Program-made: the position numbers and the translations under genes
Part shown: piece after piece, positions 51,801-62,520 of the stretch
Numbering within the stretch: position 1 is the first letter of the stretch
How the letters are laid out: each line of letters begins with the position of its first letter
Assembly: GCF_964355755.1 (NCBI RefSeq)
Contig: NC_092674.1
Location: 31,806,001 to 31,870,000 of the forward strand
Direction: 5' to 3'
Length of the DNA stretch: 64,000 bases
Source of the DNA: Antedon mediterranea
Lineage: Eukaryota; Animalia; Echinodermata
Notes under the pieces: generated by a model
Told to the model about the DNA's origin: nothing
Databases searched by the model: none
What the model saw: only the letters and a program-made list of their open reading frames with translations

Positions 51801-53001
51801 AAAGAGAACGAATTTTAAACTGCCCGGTGATAATCGGTCCATCAAAGTTATTTAAGCAATACCGTATATAGAACGATATTAGCGAGTCAAATTGCCAGAA
51901 GCGATTAAACAGTGGTCGAGGGGCGCGTTTACCGTACCTAAATAACCGGCAAAAGCACTGGTCGAGGGGCGCCGTTTACCGTACCTAAATAGCCAGTCGA
52001 ATTGCCAGAAGCGGTTAAAGCACTGGTCGAGGGGCGCGCCGTTTACCGTACCTGAATAGCCGGCAAAAGCACTGGTCGAGGGGCGCCGTTTACCGTACCT
52101 AAATAGCCGATTCAAATTGCCAGAAGCGGTTAAAGCACTGGTCGAGGGGCGCCGTTTACCGTACCTAAATAGCCGGCAAAAGCACTGGTCGAGGGGCGCA
52201 GATTAACGTACTTAAATAGCCGGCAATATGGGCATGGGTTCGAGACCGACCCGCTTCTCCTTTTTCTGATGGTGAAACAAGTCTTTTCGTCTACGGATAT
52301 AAACCGATGTCCAGTGTTACACAGTGTACTCGACAGTGTGCACTTTAAGAACCCAGTTCATCTTTCGATCAACACAAACGATAATTTACTCTTACAATCC
52401 TTGGCCACATGTGCATAAAGACATACAAAATAAGATGAGGAAATCTGTGAGAATGAGAGAAGCCGCCCCAACCAAAATTCCAACTCAGAACCTTCTGTAG
52501 TATGCACATGTCTTTAACCATTTTATAATATTGAAAAGCAGAAACACTAAAACCAATGCAGCCAAGACCACGCAGAATAAATGTCATATTTAACCAGAGC
52601 GACCTTGACCTAGACTCTTCGTCCAGTCAACATTAATAATTTGGTGTATCAAAAACGTTTGACAAATCAAGCGCTAAATCTAACTATTACTAATCTCGAT
52701 AAAAATAATATTTGTGAAAAGTAGCCAACTTACCTCCGAAATCTGGTCTCAGCCTAATGTCGTAGCCCTTCATTAGATGTGTAATGTTAACGATTTTGCG
52801 ACCATTGCCAACATCTACCGTACTGAGCGCACTGTGGAGAATATCATTCGCAAAATAAATGTTGTTTCACGAAAATACTAAAACAGTTAACTGTAGCATT
52901 AAAAATGTAATATTAGGCCACATTCATAAATTATGTTACCTAGTTTGTAATATATGAGCGCTCAATGTATATATAAACATCATATGATTCGCTAACCACA
53001 T
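24623..53001 (-). CDS. Lcch3/GABRB-like: GABA-A receptor beta / Lcch3-like Cys-loop ligand-gated anion channel subunit, about 471 aa per isoform
   Basis: Exons: 53001-52940 (putative signal peptide), 52831-52734 ([13 protein letters not shown]), 40318-40251 (68 bp, [12 protein letters not shown]), 34427-34207 (221 bp, [11 protein letters not shown]), 29344-29262 (83 bp, Cys loop [15 protein letters not shown]), 27791-27654 (138 bp), alternative 27464-27312 or 27072-26920 (153 bp), 25560-25322 ([22 protein letters not shown]), 24976-24623 ([16 protein letters not shown]). 1416 nt in frame; 68/221/83/138/153 exon sizes are the known GABA-A pattern; [14 protein letters not shown] is Lcch3-like. 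First exon is less certain. Confidence 0.95.
25910..26128. repeat. About 80-bp tandem repeat, about 2.7 copies
   Basis: Repeated TACTTACTATTCC..TTGTGAACGTTCATAATTATTAAGAAACAT..CACCCAATACTCGGTGTA. Confidence 0.9.
26920..27072 (-). CDS. Alternative M1-coding exon 7b of the GABA-A beta-like gene
   Basis: 153 bp, CCAG acceptor, GTAAGC donor; [50 protein letters not shown]. Confidence 0.93.
27124..27290 (-). promoter_or_regulatory. Intronic stem-loop between the duplicated exons (candidate splicing-regulatory RNA structure)
   Basis: Nested complementary blocks GACGATTCACC 27124-27134 / GGTGAATCGTC 27280-27290; GTTACAC 27142-27148 / GTGTAAC 27265-27271; CATT 27149-27152 / AATG 27260-27263; AAATATT 27160-27166 / AATATTT 27253-27259. 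Confidence 0.7.
27312..27464 (-). CDS. Alternative M1-coding exon 7a of the GABA-A beta-like gene (not in ORF track)
   Basis: 153 bp, CTCTCTTTTCAG acceptor, GTAAGG donor; [50 protein letters not shown]. Confidence 0.9.
27954..28456. mobile_element. Kolobok-like MITE (TTAA TSD)
   Basis: TTAA flanks, termini AGAT..TATTGTCCCT / AGGGACAATACATCT; paralogous to 42276-42828 over most of its length. Confidence 0.8.
29503..30103. repeat. About 134-bp tandem repeat, about 4.5 copies
   Basis: AAAGACCGACCACTACGATAA recurs with 133-136 bp spacing. Confidence 0.95.
30105..34085 (-). mobile_element. RTE-like LINE 3' remnant split by an Academ-like insertion (pieces about 34085-34024 and 30380-30105)
   Basis: Removing 30381-34023 plus one TSD restores [36 protein letters not shown] on the minus strand. 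Confidence 0.65.
30381..34023. mobile_element. Academ-like non-autonomous DNA transposon (3.6 kb) in a receptor intron
   Basis: About 160-bp near-perfect TIRs TAGTCCGGTGGCAGGAGGGGG..; 3-bp TSD ATA (30378-30380, 34024-34026); internal roughly 155-bp tandem repeats at about 32095-32860. Confidence 0.9.
35573..35879. mobile_element. Kolobok-like MITE (TTAA TSD)
   Basis: TTAA-AGGTGTATTATCCCCT..AGGGGGACAATACATAT-TTAA. Confidence 0.7.
36394..39976 (+). mobile_element. Old Academ-like DNA transposon with decayed transposase-like remnants
   Basis: Termini TAGTGTAGGC..GCCTACACTA, 3-bp TSD TAA (36391-36393, 39977-39979), degenerate TIRs with AAAATGGCGGCC/GGCCATCTTG motifs; broken plus-strand peptides [38 protein letters not shown] at about 38850-39140. 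Confidence 0.75.
41001..41175 (-). repeat. Fragment of the tRNA-array unit 3' end flanked by (TA)n, including a long TA microsatellite (41109-41175)
   Basis: AGAACATTAATTCTAAACCGCCCGGTGATATACTGAAATTTAATTAATTAATTTGAAACGATAAAGATGA matches the reverse complement of the 14200-15515 units. Confidence 0.88.
42276..42828. mobile_element. Kolobok-like MITE (TTAA TSD)
   Basis: TTAA-AGATGTATTGTCCCTT..AAGGGACAATACATCT-TTAA, perfect terminal inversion. Confidence 0.85.
44046..44256. repeat. 35-bp minisatellite, about 6 copies
   Basis: Unit AAACAATATACTAGTAAACACAATGTGTAATCTTA. Confidence 0.95.
46489..47677. repeat. 69-bp minisatellite, about 17 copies
   Basis: Unit TCTATTTGAGTTRTAGTCATGCTATAGCGTTATAACAAACGCYAGTCTATGTTTCAGTARAGCACCAGA. 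Confidence 0.97.
48849..49988. mobile_element. MULE-like non-autonomous TIR element, copy 2 (inverted relative to copy 1)
   Basis: Near-identical reverse complement of 3944-5084 (same 94-aa ORF in the track); 9-bp TSD AGCCGGGCC (48840-48848, 49989-49997). Confidence 0.92.
51885..52225. repeat. GC-rich compound tandem repeat (about 47- and 61-bp subunits)
   Basis: Six copies of GGTCGAGGGGCGC..TTACCGTACCTAAATAGCC with alternating linkers. Confidence 0.9.
52235..52368 (+). mobile_element. Degenerate tRNA-derived SINE (same core as 23093-23400)
   Basis: GGGTTCGAGACC B box, GGATATAAACCGATGTCCAGTGT..GTGCACTTTAAGAACCCAGTTCATCTTTCGA. Confidence 0.65.
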
Positions 53002-55466
53002 TATCTGTACAGAATAACCTCCGAAGGTTGATCTGTTGTTGGCTAGTGTGCTCCAACGGCACAAACTAACCTCTTTACTTGAAAGCATCAATACTCTATA
53101 TTCTGCGTCTGCGCAATAGCAATTAAGCTTCTCCCTAAATTGAATTACGCGATAGAATACACGCATTGTTGTGCCTCCTTAAAGCCTTGGTAGTCAGCTG
53201 ATCCGTACAGTCTGACCTGATAATATTGATCTGCTCTCCGCCTTCGGTGATGTAATGATTGTCGTTGAAACACAAAAAAAGCGACTCTACAGTAGGCTAA
53301 TACAAAACACATTATATAGGCCTGAATTAATATTAGGATAAGTGTTTTAGTGTTAAATTTAATTTTAAGGCCGCAGTAAAACATATTTACTAATGTTATT
53401 TGTATAGGCCGTGTTTCCGCAGCAACACAAATTATCGGTTAATTTTTTAAGATAATTAGTAAAAATCAGTTAATCCCCGTTTCCACGGGAGTTATAATTA
53501 ATTTATTCAGCAATATAAATATTAACATTGTTACAGTGATCTTACATGTGATATTGTCTGTAGCCATAAGACCCTTTGTGAAAAAACATTATCACAAAGA
53601 AAAAAACATGAAATAAGGTTCTAAATGTACAAGTAAAAAAAATAAGTAAAAGTATACATCATATAATTGTTATCGGTTTATCGGCCTTAGAGTACATGGG
53701 TGTATTGTACAATCTAAATGGAGGGTGACAGTAAAGGTAAGCCGCTAAGAAAACAGCTTTAGTATTCAATGAACGTACATTATTCAAAGATAAATTTTCA
53801 ATTCCAAATTATGTGGTTTTTCCAAGCTAACGAGAGCTAAGTAAACATGTATTTTATTTTATTATTCTTTTGAAGTAATTAAAAACAGAGAATTTAACAA
53901 TGAAAAATAATATTTTAAAAACAACAGGTGATACTAAAAATTATTTGTTAACCAAGTGCTGTCATGTGTTTTTGGAAAGCGCAATAATTTAAATCGATAC
54001 CGTGCCGCGCAGCTGACAATTGTACTTTTATTGAGCATAGTATGTTGTCAAAAAGTAACGTGACGTGGGTTAAAGATAACTGTAAAAACTGTAGTTGAGT
54101 AGATAATTCAAAATCAGAAAACCTAAATCTACCAAAACCAATAATTTGAATATATTGGCATACAAGAGCGTTCTTGAGTGGTATGTGCGCTATAAAAATC
54201 CTGTTATTATTATTTTGACTGAACACCGGGCACAACACTTGTAGATCGCAGTATCGATCTGATGAAGTATACTTTTCACAAGATCACCGCCGTAAGAGCA
54301 ATTGCTTATTTATTATGACGCCGTACTTTACAGATTAATATTGTCGACGAAAGGTTTCTCTTATAATTAATAACTTGTAAGAACTGTAAGGTAATATGTG
54401 TAGTACAAAGTGGTATTGATCTTAGAAGTGTTGATCGATATGTATTGTGACTTATTTTGACAAATATATACTGTGCATCGATTATCACAAAGTGAAAAAT
54501 ATCGATTCAGTAACCCTGTTATACAAAAATGGTTACAAGTTTAGATATTGACACAAATAATAAGACTTAAGTATCGTATAGATCATGAGGACTTTACTAA
54601 GTAATATAGTGGAAATAGCTTAATTCCTACCATCTCTGAACCGCATAATGTTATGTATTGTAGTATTGTATCAGACTGGATTTGGACACTGATCGCCATG
54701 GTATTGAGCGTATTGCCATAAATTTTGCCATGGTTGGTAAATCTATAGCTTCAGTTATGACGTCAGTTAATCAATTGTATACAGAATACGCATGTCCATG
54801 TTTTACACGCACAACACGAATGTTTCGCATTTATAAGTGCGCGTTTATTCAATAGTTAATATACTAGATTTCAAAACGTGTGAAATTAACAATTTATATA
54901 CTTTTTACAGTCATATTGTGTGCCATTAAATCAATTTGTGTCTAATTTGCGTATTTACAAGACAAATGACTTACAATTGTAATTACACTGATTCTTGTAT
55001 AGGCCTACATGTTATACGTTGATAAAATCATCAACAATCATTTTTATTCCTATGGTAGATCGTGTCCGCTTTTATTGTTAATTTTATTCTTAGTTTTTTG
55101 GTTCAGAAAACTTTACTTCCTTAGGTACTATGATAGTTCTTTTGATTTCTGTAGGAAAACGTATTTATTAAATTTAACATTTCGCTGTCGTAAACGGCTT
55201 TTGACTGTGGTTGTGTGTTTGTGTTTACATCTTGCTGGTATTCCAGAATTATTGCTTTGAGAACTGTTCATCCAATGTAAATTTGTTAACAATTCATATA
55301 CAAGAAATGTTTTAAAATACAATTAAAATATTTTCCGTTTCTAATTTATCTTTTGAGTGTTATACTAAACCTGTTCTTCATTTTGTATGTGGTATAGTGT
55401 GCGTTTTGAGTGATTTTTTTTATTCTTTTATATTATAATACGAAATCCCCTGCACTGACTGCCATG

Positions 55467-56084
55467 TACGGTGGCCCACAACTGTCACGCACACTATATA
55501 AATTATATTCACACAATTAAAGAAGTAATCACAAAATTAAAGAAGAAATCACACAATTAAAGAAGGAATCGCATATAAACAAAAGAAAGCATGAAAATAT
55601 AAAACGAAATGCACAAATAAAGAAGAAACGCGCAATTAAAGAAGAGCTAAGCACAATTAATTCGAAAGCAAAAAGAGCCGAACGTAATGGTAAAAGAGCC
55701 GAATAGAATTAAAGTTTGCTGCCGGAAGCAGCGATGGCGTTCCATACGGACTACGGTAGGCTACTGTACTTTAATTATGTGAGGAGCTTTCGAATTTGTT
55801 GCGGACTTCTTTAATTGTGCGAGGAGCTTTCGAATTTGTTGCGGACTTCTTTAATTGTGCGAGGAGCTTTCGAATTTGTTGCGGACTTCTTTAATTGTGC
55901 TTAGCTCTTCTTTAATTGCGCGTTTCTTCTTTATTTGTGCATTTCGTTTTATATTTTCATGCTTTCTTTTGTTTATATGCGATTCCTTCTTTAATTGTGT
56001 GATTTCTTCTTTAATTGTGTGATTCCTTCTTTAATTGTGTGAATATGATTTATATAGTGTGCGTGACAGTTGTGGGCCACCGTA
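55467..56084. mobile_element. Foldback-type MITE with about 190-bp TIRs
   Basis: TACGGTGGCCCACAACTGTCACGCACACTATATAAAT.. and its inverse at the right end; internal 40-bp triplication; TSD either TA or an imperfect 8-mer (CTGCCATG/GGGCCATG). Confidence 0.88.
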
Positions 56085-57554
56085 GGGCCATGATCCTTCC
56101 CTCTGGTTTTTGCAAGTGGTGTGTTTAAAATTGGTTTTTGGATGATGATTTTTTTTCTCCGCGGGAGCTATCTTGTCCTAAATTGACGATTGTGTCATAA
56201 CTCATGCCTAAGACCATTTTTTCCGGTATGCAAGCTGTATAATATAGTGAAAGTCCGGTACATCTACAAATATAAAACGATTGTAGAATTCAAACAGTTT
56301 CCAATCCCAGTTGCATCTTTTGTCAATATATCCAATTATACCATCATTATTTAAACTCACAATGTCAAGTACGTGGTTAACACTTGAAGAAGCAAACGAT
56401 GATGGAATTTAGATTAAAATTCAATGTTCATTCGTTGCTGACCATTTAATACACAACTTTATGCGGCTTCAGTTTCATTATGCTTTTCAATGCGCTGTTA
56501 ACACACTATTTACAGTGTAATACTGCATGTAAAATTAGAAATGTACATATAATAATAATAATACATAAAAGATGAAAGTAATGTAAATATTATAATATTT
56601 TTTTATGACATCCTACTCATTTGATTTATAAAAATACGAGTTTATAGGCCTAATACTATAATATTTAAGAGAATTTGATAAAAAAAATATATCTTGTGTA
56701 TTTTTTTAATGTACAGTATGTACCACTCCCTGGTGGAGTCTAAGGCTTGTGGAACATCATGATCTTCTTATCTGTTTCACAGTCAATATTTAATAAAACT
56801 TTAACCAAACTTTTACTACTATAACATGTTCCGTAGTATAACAACGACTGAATAACGGATATGTAGAAAATAATTACGACATCTGCTTAGATATGGGATC
56901 CGTTGGTTTATTCTCAAAACGTATATTGTATACTGCTCTATGCTAAAATATTAATACGCTCAGTCAAAATGGCTAAGCGCCACCGCCGCCTCAATAAAAT
57001 AGTAATTCGAACTGAATTTGAAAACGTATACTGTTTGTGTAATGTTATGCAACGTAGTGTGTTGCATAATATTTTAAGTGATAATATTGTTGAACCTTTA
57101 TCCTGTCATAGTCAACAAACTATGCTATGATAAAGAAAATATCAAAATAAATTGTGCTGAAATAGTGGAGCCAAGACCTTGATGTATAATATTATCATGT
57201 TATGGTTGTATTTTTATAAGCTAATCGATATACGCTGTTTGTTTGAATAACATTGAAATTAAGCTACGTTCTCTAAAACGTTAGTTTCAAAATGACTCGG
57301 GCTGCCACCCCTCCCGTGATTACATTATTTGAAATAAATCTACGTTTTTCAACGTCCAAAGGATCCACCATTTGGAAATACATTATACAAAATTTAATCC
57401 GTAACAACATAACTAGCTAGCAGGACAAAACGACGAGGAGATTTCTGTTAAAATTTAATTGTCGAGCACATTATTCCCCAAAAATCTAAAGTTATAAACG
57501 TATAGTAGTAATTGGTATAATTGAAATAAAACACGAGTAGGTTTGAAATGAATC

Positions 57555-57693
57555 CACTCTTGTCTTAACTAAACAATGAACGGGCACCATCTTATAATGA
57601 CACTCTTGTCTTAACTAAACAATGAACGGGCACCATCTTATAATGACACTCTTGTCTTAACTAAACAATGAACGGGCACCATCTTATAATGAT
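57555..57693. repeat. 46-bp tandem repeat, 3 copies
   Basis: Unit CACTCTTGTCTTAACTAAACAATGAACGGGCACCATCTTATAATGA. Confidence 0.95.
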
Positions 57694-58314
57694 TTTAAGG
57701 TTCGAGAATCAAAAAGATAGTAGTAAAGTAATAGTACAATATGAATACAGTATACACAAATCTATAAATGGATGTATAGTGATCAGGTACATTACACAGC
57801 ATTTATACTAGAAGGAAGATACACTCCTGTTTTAATTCTAAAAGCAAACAATTGTAAATACAAATGTGTAGAGTCATCGCAAATAATATTAGTGTTGTAA
57901 ATTGAATGTTTGAAAAACATGCAGTCACAATAAAAAATAGAATCTCGTTAATATAATAATGTTTAATATACATTTGTATCTTTGTTCTTGTTTTGTTTGT
58001 GTCAATATGTTGAAATATAATAGACATTTTTTATTTTATTGATTAATATTATTATTATGTTAGTTATTTTCCGTCCATCGTTGTCTCGTAAATTGTCATG
58101 TTTAGTAAAAGCTTCCATATGGAAAATAGTAAAATGGTGCTCAATATATATGTTTGGCAGGTAAGGAGCGGCGTGCATGAGGTAGAACCATGGGCAAGAA
58201 TACAGTATTGTACTTACCGCCCGTTTGAGATTTATTTTAAGTGGTGCACGGCACGGCCCTATAACAGCAACAGTGATGATGACATGTGTGCTGCTGTCTC
58301 GATATTCTAAAGAA

Positions 58315-59015
58315 CTATACAGGTTCAATCTTATCGTTTGGTAAAATACCAAAGTTTCAAGTTTGCCTTCCAATTCTAACGCCATAGTTTCAATCTCATC
58401 GTTTGTAAAATGTCATGAGTTGAATATGCTTTTGCCTTCCAATCTAACGCCTTATATAGATATATCTTATCGTTTGGTAAAATACCAGTGGCGAGTTTCA
58501 AGCTTGCCTTCCAATTCTAAAGTCATGTTCATTCTCAACATTTGGTACCAGTAAAACTGGTAAATACCAGTGGTTTTCTATGCTTTTGCTTTCCAATCTA
58601 ACGCCTTATAGGTTCAATCTCATCGTTTTCATGAGTGGTGAGTTAACTTACAGCTTTTGCCTTTCAATTTAACGCCTTTTAGGCCTATAGGTTTAATTTT
58701 ATCGTTTGGTAAATACCAGTGGCGAGTTTCAAGCTTGTTGCCTTTAAATTCTAAAGCGCTATCGTGTTCAGTCTCAACGTTTGGTACCAGTAAACTGGTA
58801 AATACCAGTGGTGAGTTTTCTAAGCTTTCGCCTTTCAATTCTAACGTCTTATATAGGTTCAATTTTATCGTTTGGTTAAATACCAGTTGCGAGTTTCAAG
58901 TTTGCCTTCCAAATCTATAGCCCTATCATGCTCAACGTTTGGTAAATATAGCGAGTTTTCTAACTTTTTTTTCTAATTCTGACGTCCTATAAGGTTCAAT
59001 TGTTGGTAAAATACC
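58315..59015. repeat. Degenerate tandem repeat
   Basis: Recurring ATCGTTTGGTAAATACCAGTGGCGAGTTTCAAGCTT..GCCTTCCAATTCTAA motifs. Confidence 0.75.
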
Positions 59016-59421
59016 GTATATTAGTAATCTAAATTAAACTACACTATAATACAGTTCAAAGAGGATGGTATTTAATTTAATATCGTCGATAAATTGATTG
59101 GACAATTTGCTGATACTGCTTAATAAAACGATGAATCCGAATCTATCTCATTAAATTCAAATACGTGTTCTTTAAAATTTCTGCTCTATTGAATGGGAAA
59201 GATATCGTTTAGATTGTGTCAATTTGCTATAATTTATAATTAATAATTATAAATGGATGATCACTTAAATATTGTATTGGAGTACTGACATGTTTATCAT
59301 TTTTGATATGAAATTACACTCAACATCTCAACAGTTGCTAAATTAATTTTTCATAGGATATATCGATATTCATTACACAAAATATTATTAGTGGTTTTCT
59401 GTTGTTAGTAATTAGAGGAAT

Positions 59422-61992
59422 GCTAATAATAAGATGATACCAGGGAAGAATTTCATTCTTCTCTGAAGACTACATGTCGGTTAGCCCTCTATACAGCGGC
59501 TAATAATAAGAAGATACCAGGGAAGAATTTCATTCTTATCTGAAGACTACATTGTCGGTTAGCCCTCTATACAGCGGCTAATAATAAGAAGATACCAGGG
59601 AAGAATTTCATTCTTCTCTGAAGACTACATTGTCGATTAGCTCTCTATACAGCGGCTAATAATAAGAAGATACCAGGGAAGAATTTCATTCTTATCTGAA
59701 GACTACATTGTCGGTTAGCCCTCTATACATCGGCTAATAATAAGAAGATACCAGGGAAGAATTTCATTCTTCTCTGAAGACTACATTGTCGGTTAGCCCT
59801 CTATACATCGGCTAATAATAAGAAGATACCAGGGAAGAATTTCATTCTTCTCTGAAGACTACATTGTCGGTTAGCCCTCTATACATCGGCTAATAATAAG
59901 AAGATACCAGGGAAGAATTTCATTCTTATCTGAAGACTACATTGTCGGTTAGCCCTCTATACAGTGGCTAATAATAAGAAGATACCAGGGAAGAATTTCA
60001 TTCTTATCTGAAGACTACATTGTCGGTTAGCCCTCTATACATCGGCTAATAATAAGAAGATACCAGGGAAGAATTTCATTCTTCTCTGAAGACTACATTG
60101 TCGGTTAGCCCTCTATACATCGGCTAATAATAAGAAGATACCAGGGAAGAATTTCATTCTTATCTGAAGACTACATTGTCGGTTAGCCCTCTATACATCG
60201 GCTAATAATAAGAAGATACCAGGGAAGAATTTCATTCTTATCTGAAGACTACATTGTCGGTTAGCCCTCTATACAGCGGCTAATAATAAGAAGATACCAG
60301 GGAAGAATTTCATTCTTACATGAAGACTACATTGTCGGTTAGCCCTCTATACAGCGGCTAATAATAAGAAGATACCAGGGAAGAATGTCATTCTTACATG
60401 AAGACTACATTGTCGGTTAGCCCTCTATACAGCGGCTAATAATAAGAAGATACCAGGGAAGAATGTCATTCTTACATGAAGACTACATTGTCGGTTAGCC
60501 CTCTATACAGCGGCTAATAATAAGAAGATACCAGGGAAGAATTTCATTCTTATATGAAGACTAACATTGTCGGTTAGCCCTCTATACAGCGGCTAATAAT
60601 AAGAAGATACCAGGGAAGAATTTCATTCTTATATGAAGACTACATTGTCGGTTAGCCCTCTATACAGCGGCTAATAATAAGAAGATACCAGGGAAGAATT
60701 TCATTCTTATATGAAGACTACATTGTCGGTTAGCCCTCTATACATCGGCTAATAATAAGAAGATACCAGGGAAGAATTTCATTCTTATCTGAAGACTACA
60801 TTGTCGGTTAGCCCTCTATACAGCGGCTAATAATAAGATACCAGGGAAGAATTTCATTCTTCTCTGAAGACTACATTGTCGGTTAGCCCTCTATACAGCG
60901 GCTAATAATAAGAAGATACCAGGGAAGAATTTCATTCTTCTCTGAAGACTACATCGTCGGTTAGCCCTCTATACAGCGGCTAATAATAAGATGATACCAG
61001 GGAAGAATTTCATTCTTATCTGAAGACTACATTGTCGGTTAGCCCTCTATACAGCGGCTAATAATAAGAAGATACCAGGGAAGAATTTCATTCTTATCTG
61101 AAGACTACATTGTCGGTTAGCCCTCTATACAGCGGCTAATAATAAGAAGATACCAGGGAAGAATTTCATTCTTCTCTGAAGACTACATTGTCGGTTAGCC
61201 CTCTATACAGCGGCTAATAATAAGAAGATAACAGGGAAGAATTTCATTCTTATCTGAAGACTACATTGTCGGTTAGCCCTCTATACAGCGGTTAATAATA
61301 AGAAGATACCAGGGAAGAATTTCATTCTTATCTGAAGACTACATTGTCGGTTAGCCCTCTATACAGCGGCTAATAATAAGAAGATACCAGGGAAGAATTT
61401 CATTCTTATCTGAAGACTACATTGTCGGTTAGCTCTCTATACAGCGGCTAATAATAAGAAGATACCAGGGAAGAATTTCATTCTTATCTGAAGACTACAT
61501 TGTCGGTTAGCCCTCTATACATCGGCTAATAATAAGAAGATACCAGGGAAGAATTTCATTCTTCTCTGAAGACTACATTGTCGGTTAGCCCTCTATACAG
61601 CGGCTAATAATAAGAAGATACCAGGGAAGAATTTCATTCTTATCTGAAGACTACATTGTCGGTTAGCCCTCTATACAGCGGCTAATAATAAGAAGATACC
61701 AGGGAAGAATTTCATTCTTATCTGAAGACTACATTGTCGGTTAGCCCTCTATACAGCGGCTAATAATAAGAAGATACCAGGGAAGAATTTCATTCTTATT
61801 TGAAGACTACATTGTCGGTTAGCCCTCTATACAGCGGCTAATAATAAGAAGATACCAGGGAAGAATTTCATTCTTATCTGAAGACTACATTGTCGGTTAG
61901 CCCTCTATACAGCGGCTAATAATAAGAAGATAACAGGGAAGAATTTCATTCTTATCTGAAGACTACATTGTCGGTTAGCCCTCTATACAGCG
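59422..61992. repeat. 78-bp minisatellite, about 33 copies
   Basis: Unit GCTAATAATAAGAAGATACCAGGGAAGAATTTCATTCTTMTCTGAAGACTACATTGTCGGTTAGCCCTCTATACAKCG. Confidence 0.98.
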
Positions 61993-62520
61993 TGTTACCC
62001 AATATTTTTCTTTATTTTTTAAATTTCCGTACTTTTTGTTAACAACCTATTATAAATAAAATGTCCTTACTCAGTTAATTATCTTTCTCACGGTTTACCA
62101 CCGTTCTCATTTTGATGACGTCATTATGTTAAAATACTAATGAAATACTACCGTAATGAATAACGCTAGACACGTAATTTCGCCTGTAGTACTGTACTTT
62201 TTAATCTATAGTATAAGTAATAATAGATCATCGCAATTGTACCACCATTATATGGAGAAGATATGGATTAATATAAACATTTTGACCATCGCATTTTATG
62301 TCATCATATGGCCAGCTGAATTAAAAAAGTAGTTTGTTTATCTGTCCGTTTATCGTTTAAATGAACAAACATAATGCCACTTCTACGTGGCTGATTTTCA
62401 TCCAAATTGAATATGTTCTTGCTCAGATAATTATCTTTCGAAGTTGTTATTCATGTTCATTTTAATGACGTCATCATTCTAAAAAAAATAGAAAAACAAT
62501 ATGTAGGTCTCGTAATTTCA

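Noticed and set aside
59461-59500. CTGAAGA in the 78-bp unit as a hammerhead ribozyme core (retrozyme-like array)
   Set aside because: No GAAA after a stem II and no matching stem I/III found on either strand.
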